64,000 nt of DNA from Centroscyllium fabricii (lineage: Eukaryota). Made by a program: the position numbers and the translations under genes. The notes beneath the pieces are model-generated. The model was not told the DNA's origin. It ran no database searches and was given only the letters and a program-made list of their open reading frames with translations. Below are positions 61,001 through 64,000 of this stretch, one piece after another (position 1 is the first letter of the stretch; each line of letters starts with the position of its first letter). The stretch lies in assembly GCA_051313645.2 (NCBI GenBank), contig JBNRSN020000009.1, positions 71,362,001-71,426,000 on the forward strand, given 5' to 3'.

Positions 61001-63565
61001 AGTTGTGTGTTTGGCCTAATGAGGTACACTCCAATTCTTAGTTTTTGAATATACAGAACAAATTTATTTGAAAATTGTACTAGGTCTTGATTTGAAGTGC
61101 TCCATTCCAAACTTGTTTGTCAACCGAGTCCAAATTGAAGACTACATTAACTGAAGGATAGTTCATAATGCATGTTTGTATACTGGACACTCTTGTGGTG
61201 TTGCTGTGTTGAATTTAGCAATAAGTTTTTTATTTTGATGAACAAACTAGGCCGTATTTTGCGACCCCCCTCCCCCCATGGGTATGAGGTGCGTACGCGC
61301 CCGTAGGGACTTTGCAAGTGCCGGTTTTAGACATGCAAAGTGCATGCATTGAAACCTGGTACTTATGATCTGTTAAGAATCTTCTTGACAGATCCTCCGC
61401 ATCCCCAGGAAAAGGTCCTCCGGGTGGAGAGTTGTGCTATTTGCCCAACTTCTGCCTGCTGAAAGGTCATGGAATTCTTGTGCCTGGTAAAACCTACTTT
61501 TACCAGCATAAGTTTTGAAAATTTTATCCTTCACTTTTACCTTATTGGACAGGGTTTATAATGTTTTTAGTCCTGTTAAATTACATTTTTTGAAGTGCTT
61601 TAAAAAAAAAAAAAAAATATTTAAGTAAATGCCATTATGTAACTTATAAAAAAAATTATTTCATGTTTGTGTATGAAGTCCCCTCCAGTCATACATTTGA
61701 CAGTTCTGTGAACTGTCAAACGAATGAATGGGAATCCCCTTCTTTCATTGGTTGGGCTGGCCCACGTGAACCCAGGGGTGCTAGCAAACTGCATGCCCCC
61801 CTGGGTTACGTGGGCTTCTATGCATTTCTACCAGGAGAGGCCCAGGAGCACAAGCCTCCATCTCCTGGATCGCCAGGTAAATGTGTAGAACATTTGATTA
61901 TCAGAGGCATCTGATTGCAAATTCAGGCCCACTGTCTGTTATCTTTGAAATCTTCATTTTTGCATATGTACATCCAGGGGCCACTGTTGGGGTAGGGGGG
62001 GCGGGGGTGGAAACTAAAAGTTGAGTTCTGTAAATTACAGTCAGTATCTCCATTCCAAGTATCTCCATTCCAACCCTTCAGTGTTTCACCTTTCAGTGTT
62101 CTTGGATGAATACAACCTGGGTTTTGACATTTCTCCCCTTATTCCAGTAACTTAAATATAGTTTCTCCAGCAGTGGTTCTTCTACAGTCTCTGTTTCAAA
62201 TTCCTCTTTTTAAAAAAAAAAACTGAAGCAGAATATTCTGTGCCACTCTTTGACCCTGAATTGCAAGATTGCCTCCCTTATTTCCAAGTGGTTTCAGCAT
62301 CTTTTAAGCTAGTTTTTGGCTAATAGTCAATGTTTTTATATTTCTCTCTGTTGGTCATAAATCTTTTGGCATGCCTAACTTGTTTAGTTTGTTCTATATT
62401 GTCACAGACCAATCTCCCGACAGGTTCTCATTTTTGATCTAACCACCAAGTATCCATGGAACCCCAGTCTTTGCTGTGCCCTCTTCAGATTGGAATATAG
62501 TTACCCTGTACCTTATCTAGCTTGTATTTACATTTTTACTGCTATTGGTCTGCTATTCTGTTTGTTTTGAGTTCAGTGTCTCTGACCACTCTCTTGCAGG
62601 CTGTTTTCACCATGACCTGGGGAGGTGTTTTTTTTTTTTTTTTTTACTTCATCCTACCCTAATGTCGTGGTTCTAATTTTATTCTCAATGGGCACTTAAA
62701 ACTATGAACAGTTGGGGTTCTTCCATCTTTAATGGAAAGTGCTTTTCTACTCCATTCCATTTGCTTAAATATTTATTTTCAAATAATGCGTGTTCCTGCA
62801 TCTAAAACCATAATCCTATAGGTGGCTTAATGTGGTTTTAAGTCTAGTAATTTGGCTGTAATTTCTCACTCAGTTGCTGAACCCAAGGGGTTTTAAATAT
62901 GCAAGATGGTGACTTAGTTGGGGGCAAGTTTCATAAATTTCTTCCATGACCAGAGCTTACAACTACATAGTGATGGTTGACCTAGTGAGATTGATTGTGG
63001 CAAATACTGACAAAAGCATAGCCAAAACACTGACTACATGTAGTAGTTTGTACAGGTTTTTTTTTTTTTTTTTTTTATACAGACAGATCTCCCATGACCT
63101 ATTCAGTGAGTTGGAGGATGTGTTTTATAACCATGGGATGGGATTGGGGGGGTGTGGGGGGGGGGGGAGGGGAAGGGAAATGTGATGCTTGTAGGAAGTG
63201 TACTGTATCAATTTAATATTATAGATAATGGTTGGCCTTTTGGACTTTGGTGCTGAGGCATTTTTGATAAAACCAGGCAAAATTATTTGGTAAACAAATT
63301 AAATGTATTTTTATCTCCAGTGAAGAAATTAAATGCATTATTATCTCCAGTGAAGAAAAGAGAAGAATTTGTGACTTGATTGAGCTTACAGACTAAACCA
63401 CTGGTTGAATATTGTTTACCTGAAATATTTCAGAACTGCTTTGAAAAAACTAACTTGCTATTTACCATTCACCAGGCCACAGATGAAGTTCCAGTAGTGC
63501 CACAGCAGCTGGTACAACAGCAGCAGCAATCTCTAAATGCATGCCCCCCTGGCTTCCAAACCTGG
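15600..63565 (+). CDS. FLNB: Filamin B, partial multi-exon CDS (exons 2-30; exon 1 lies upstream and later exons downstream of the window)
   Basis: 29 exons plus one cassette exon join with compatible phases. They encode CH1/CH2 ([31 protein letters not shown]), Ig-like filamin repeats and hinge 1. FLNB-type residues: [24 protein letters not shown], NACPPGFxxW hinge, WRSPLK cassette exon. Confidence 0.93.
16372..16469 (+). CDS. FLNB: FLNB exon 3 (98 nt)
   Basis: tttcag|GTTTG...CAG|gtaaa; [33 protein letters not shown]. Confidence 0.95.
18275..18422 (+). CDS. FLNB: FLNB exon 4 (148 nt)
   Basis: tgcag|GTG...CCAG|gtatg; [28 protein letters not shown]...ARAYGP. Confidence 0.95.
18599..18717 (+). 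CDS. FLNB: FLNB exon 5 (119 nt)
   Basis: tgcag|GA...GAG|gtaat; [40 protein letters not shown]. Confidence 0.95.
18915..20612 (-). mobile_element. CR1 LINE, 5'-truncated
   Basis: RT motifs [30 protein letters not shown]; (TTCTATG)n-type tail; 31-bp tandem duplication at 19521-19582. Confidence 0.93.
21238..21315 (+). CDS. FLNB: FLNB exon 6 (78 nt)
   Basis: ccag|GCA...AAG|gtgag; [26 protein letters not shown]. Confidence 0.93.
21882..22044 (+). CDS. FLNB: FLNB exon 7 (163 nt)
   Basis: ccag|ATT...GCAG|gtatac; [17 protein letters not shown]...YFDIYTA. Confidence 0.95.
22051..22696 (-). mobile_element. Non-autonomous Rex1-tailed element with a GC-rich repeat body
   Basis: - strand starts GGCAAGATGGCGG and ends TCGTTGTATTGT..CAATGACAA..TTGAATTGAA, matching the Rex1 tail at 6062-6110. 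Confidence 0.75.
23236..23433 (+). CDS. FLNB: FLNB exon 8 (198 nt)
   Basis: aaag|GT...GAAG|gtagg; [16 protein letters not shown]...PYSVNVGE. Confidence 0.92.
24663..24800 (+). CDS. FLNB: FLNB exon 9 (138 nt)
   Basis: ccag|CT...CCAA|gtaag; [18 protein letters not shown]...VLVKGP. Confidence 0.95.
25496..26573 (-). mobile_element. CR1 LINE, 3' part of an interrupted copy
   Basis: Same family as 18915; continues at 30195. Confidence 0.92.
26574..30194 (+). mobile_element. CR1 LINE (purine-rich family) nested inside another CR1
   Basis: ORF1 SGNH esterase (GDS, HIGTND, DGLHL); ORF2 endonuclease (ITETW, YRPP, GDFN, SDH) and RT (437-aa stretch 28801-30114); stops and frameshifts; TTCTATG tail. 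Confidence 0.95.
30195..31388 (-). mobile_element. CR1 LINE, 5' part of the interrupted copy
   Basis: Resumes at the ccag/ttctctatc junction seen intact in the 18915 copy; [19 protein letters not shown]. Confidence 0.92.
31725..31857 (+). CDS. FLNB: FLNB exon 10 (133 nt)
   Basis: acag|AA...GGAG|gtgag; [45 protein letters not shown]. Confidence 0.92.
31953..32151. mobile_element. Palindromic Penelope-terminus-derived element
   Basis: Inverted arms; 12-bp TSD CTGCTAGTTTTA (31941-31952, 32152-32163). Confidence 0.78.
32989..33125 (+). CDS. FLNB: FLNB exon 11 (137 nt)
   Basis: ttag|TCCC...TTAG|gtaag; [25 protein letters not shown]...DVGVL. Confidence 0.95.
33221..34069. mobile_element. Unclassified insertion-like element of about 850 bp
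   Basis: Ends CCCTGTTG..CAACAGGG; internal duplication; CCAAT motifs; no clear TSD. Confidence 0.35.
34545..34936 (-). mobile_element. CR1 3' fragment
   Basis: Homologous to 18930-19320. Confidence 0.88.
35054..35247 (+). CDS. FLNB: FLNB exon 12 (194 nt; probable GC donor)
   Basis: ttag|GT...GATAAG|gcaaga; [16 protein letters not shown]...FHPDK. Confidence 0.88.
36460..36573 (+). CDS. FLNB: FLNB exon 13 (114 nt)
   Basis: ccag|ATT...CAA|gtaag; [15 protein letters not shown]...LKIYAQ. Confidence 0.95.
37261..37404 (+). CDS. FLNB: FLNB exon 14 (144 nt)
   Basis: atag|GAT...AGA|gtaag; [17 protein letters not shown]...NSPFR. Confidence 0.94.
37531..38221. mobile_element. PIF/Harbinger-like MITE
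   Basis: TIR GGCCCAGAAATT/AATTTCTGGGCC; 3-bp TSD AAT. Confidence 0.75.
38710..38833 (+). CDS. FLNB: FLNB exon 15 (124 nt)
   Basis: ttag|ATC...GAAG|gtaag; [21 protein letters not shown]...TEAGE. Confidence 0.95.
38840..39774 (-). mobile_element. CR1 3' part, inserted at about +7 of intron 15
   Basis: Tail starts right after the gtaagg donor; [15 protein letters not shown]. Confidence 0.92.
40484..40935 (-). mobile_element. Penelope-like 3' fragment
   Basis: Terminal motif shared with 2403; degenerate PLE C-terminal coding end on the - strand. Confidence 0.7.
41043..41203 (+). CDS. FLNB: FLNB exon 16 (161 nt)
   Basis: tcag|GT...CAG|gttcg; [16 protein letters not shown]...KVLFAGQ. Confidence 0.95.
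41285..41375 (+). CDS. FLNB: FLNB exon 17 (91 nt)
   Basis: acag|GAA...ACGG|gtaag; [30 protein letters not shown]; preceded by an 81-nt intron. Confidence 0.94.
41532..41841. mobile_element. Tc1/mariner (Tigger/pogo-like) MITE, 310 bp
   Basis: TIR CAGGTTGAGCAC (imperfect out to 27 bp); TA TSD on both sides. Confidence 0.88.
41981..42260 (-). mobile_element. Solo LTR, 280 bp
   Basis: TG..CA ends; 5-bp TSD AGGAG (41976-41980, 42261-42265); - strand CCAAT x2, TATAAAT, AGTAAA. Confidence 0.85.
43396..43583 (-). mobile_element. CR1 3' fragment ending 35 nt before exon 18
   Basis: (GATACATA)n tail plus CR1 3' UTR. Confidence 0.85.
43619..43788 (+). CDS. FLNB: FLNB exon 18 (170 nt)
   Basis: gcag|GC...CAG|gtggg; [19 protein letters not shown]...YTPLQQ. 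Confidence 0.94.
43926..44043 (+). CDS. FLNB: FLNB exon 19 (118 nt)
   Basis: tgcag|GGT...AACA|gtatg; [19 protein letters not shown]...GLEN. Confidence 0.94.
45373..45635 (+). CDS. FLNB: FLNB exon 20 (263 nt)
   Basis: ttag|GA...AAG|gttaa; [19 protein letters not shown]...PPDPSK. Confidence 0.95.
46245..47432 (+). mobile_element. CR1 RT fragment, same family as 26574-30194
   Basis: Long near-identical stretches with 28930-30125; lacks the last ~70 nt and the tail. Confidence 0.93.
47789..48386 (+). CDS. FLNB: FLNB exon 21 (598 nt)
   Basis: tgcag|GTG...CATG|gtaag; [15 protein letters not shown]...YGPGIEGH. Confidence 0.96.
48474..49516 (-). mobile_element. CR1 3' part (third subfamily)
   Basis: 232-aa RT C-terminal ORF 48670-49368; PQGSVLGP. 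Confidence 0.93.
50490..50663 (+). CDS. FLNB: FLNB exon 22 (174 nt)
   Basis: gtag|GA...AAGG|gtatg; [14 protein letters not shown]...YTPFEK. Confidence 0.95.
51246..51408 (+). CDS. FLNB: FLNB exon 23 (163 nt)
   Basis: tgcag|GT...CAAG|gtaat; [19 protein letters not shown]...FSVVTR. Confidence 0.95.
52063..52223 (+). CDS. FLNB: FLNB exon 24 (161 nt)
   Basis: tgcag|AGGG...TCTG|gtaat; [21 protein letters not shown]...GGRHIS (absent from the ORF track). Confidence 0.93.
52985..53152 (+). CDS. FLNB: FLNB exon 25 (168 nt)
   Basis: gtag|GC...AAAG|gtaag; [19 protein letters not shown]...VLGPK. Confidence 0.95.
53498..53590 (+). CDS. FLNB: FLNB alternative cassette exon (93 nt, 31 aa)
   Basis: ttctag|TT...ACAG|gtttgg; phase 1-1 and frame-preserving; [31 protein letters not shown] resembles the 31-aa insert recalled from the long human FLNB isoform (..WRSPLKALSEFFKG..). 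Confidence 0.85.
55005..55128 (+). CDS. FLNB: FLNB exon 26 (124 nt)
   Basis: ccag|GC...GCAG|gtaac; [16 protein letters not shown]...EDISRS. Confidence 0.95.
55945..56062 (-). mobile_element. CR1 3' tail fragment
   Basis: ataggagcaggagtagg..ttcgagcctgctccgccatt. Confidence 0.85.
56247..56403 (+). CDS. FLNB: FLNB exon 27 (157 nt)
   Basis: ttag|TCCT...ACT|gtagg; [15 protein letters not shown]...LSVHVT. Confidence 0.95.
56728..57582 (-). mobile_element. LINE 5' part: tRNA-SINE head fused to an AP-endonuclease ORF
   Basis: 57582-57270 aligns with SINE 58562-58890; ATG at 57256 leads to NIWGL, then across a stop and frameshifts to [29 protein letters not shown]. Confidence 0.8.
58562..59035 (+). 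mobile_element. Full-length tRNA-derived SINE
   Basis: A-box-like TGACGTAGTGG, B box GGTTCAAATCC, central body, LINE-like tail ending in an A-run. Confidence 0.85.
59364..59553 (+). CDS. FLNB: FLNB exon 28 (190 nt)
   Basis: tgcag|GAC...TCAG|gtaac; [19 protein letters not shown]...DASKCTMS. Confidence 0.95.
60094..60341 (+). CDS. FLNB: FLNB exon 29 (248 nt)
   Basis: taag|GT...GTG|gtgag; [13 protein letters not shown]...NSPFHVV. Confidence 0.94.
61249..61930. mobile_element. PIF/Harbinger-like MITE, related to 37531
   Basis: Imperfect TIR AGGCCGTATTTTGC/GCAAATTCAGGCCC; 3-bp TSD ACT; shared internal palindrome remnant. Confidence 0.65.
63476..63565 (+). CDS. FLNB: FLNB exon 30, hinge 1 (90 nt)
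   Basis: ccag|GCC...TGG|gtacag; [30 protein letters not shown]. Confidence 0.9.
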
Positions 63566-64000
63566 GTACAGATTTTAATATATTGAACTTTCTATTCCTC
63601 GCCTGTTTTCTTCCAAATCTAGTGCTCACAGCTTGCTGGGATCTGCCATCTGGACTGCTTGATTTCTTCTCTTTTCTATCCAATTTTTAGCTACTGTGAA
63701 TTTTACTTTCATTAGCTGATGGATGTTATTAGCTGATGGATGATAAAACAATCTCTATTTTAAACAGGTGAATGCTGTGTTTGCAGCCTATTCCTATTTG
63801 ACAGGGACTTTAAGGGTGCCTGAGATACTTTATTTACACATTACAAGTACAGTCCCTACCACTAACAGGAGGGTTGGTGCGAACGTGATTTGCCCATTAT
63901 TCGCATTGGACAGTTTAAAGGGGGTAGCGTTATTGTTAAAGCTGTAACCCCACATCACTTGGCTGTCATTAAAGGTGTAATTTCCTTGTATACTTAATGA

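Noticed and set aside
15600-63565. Assignment to FLNA or FLNC
   Set aside because: MPVW, DSCAPG, PVDNA, the NACPPGF hinge and the WRSPLK cassette exon all fit FLNB better.
1-64000. Prokaryotic systems (CRISPR, operons, retrons, DGRs)
   Set aside because: The window is a spliced vertebrate gene. All RT sequences belong to LINE, PLE or LTR elements, and there is no repeat-spacer array.

Overview
This is eukaryotic DNA, not prokaryotic. It is a vertebrate gene interior, most likely from a cartilaginous fish (shark-type CR1, Penelope and SINE repeats; species not determinable here). The window lies inside a + strand filamin B (FLNB) gene. Positions 1-15599 are the end of intron 1, followed by coding exons 2-30 (15600-63565: CH domains, Ig-like repeats up to 15, and hinge 1) plus a 93-nt cassette exon. 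All exons splice into one open frame; intron 12 appears to use a GC donor. The introns hold many retroelements and MITEs. The most notable are: (1) an intact Ty3/Gypsy (CsRn1-like) element with identical LTRs inserted 20 nt upstream of exon 2; (2) a LINE whose 5' end is a tRNA-type SINE head running directly into an endonuclease ORF; (3) a non-autonomous Rex1-tailed element at +7 of intron 7; (4) Penelope-derived termini carrying minimal hammerhead-ribozyme motifs. Exon numbering, comparisons with human FLNB and repeat family names come from recalled knowledge and need database confirmation. I see no clearly new protein-coding system; the novelty candidates concern retroelement architecture and splicing.
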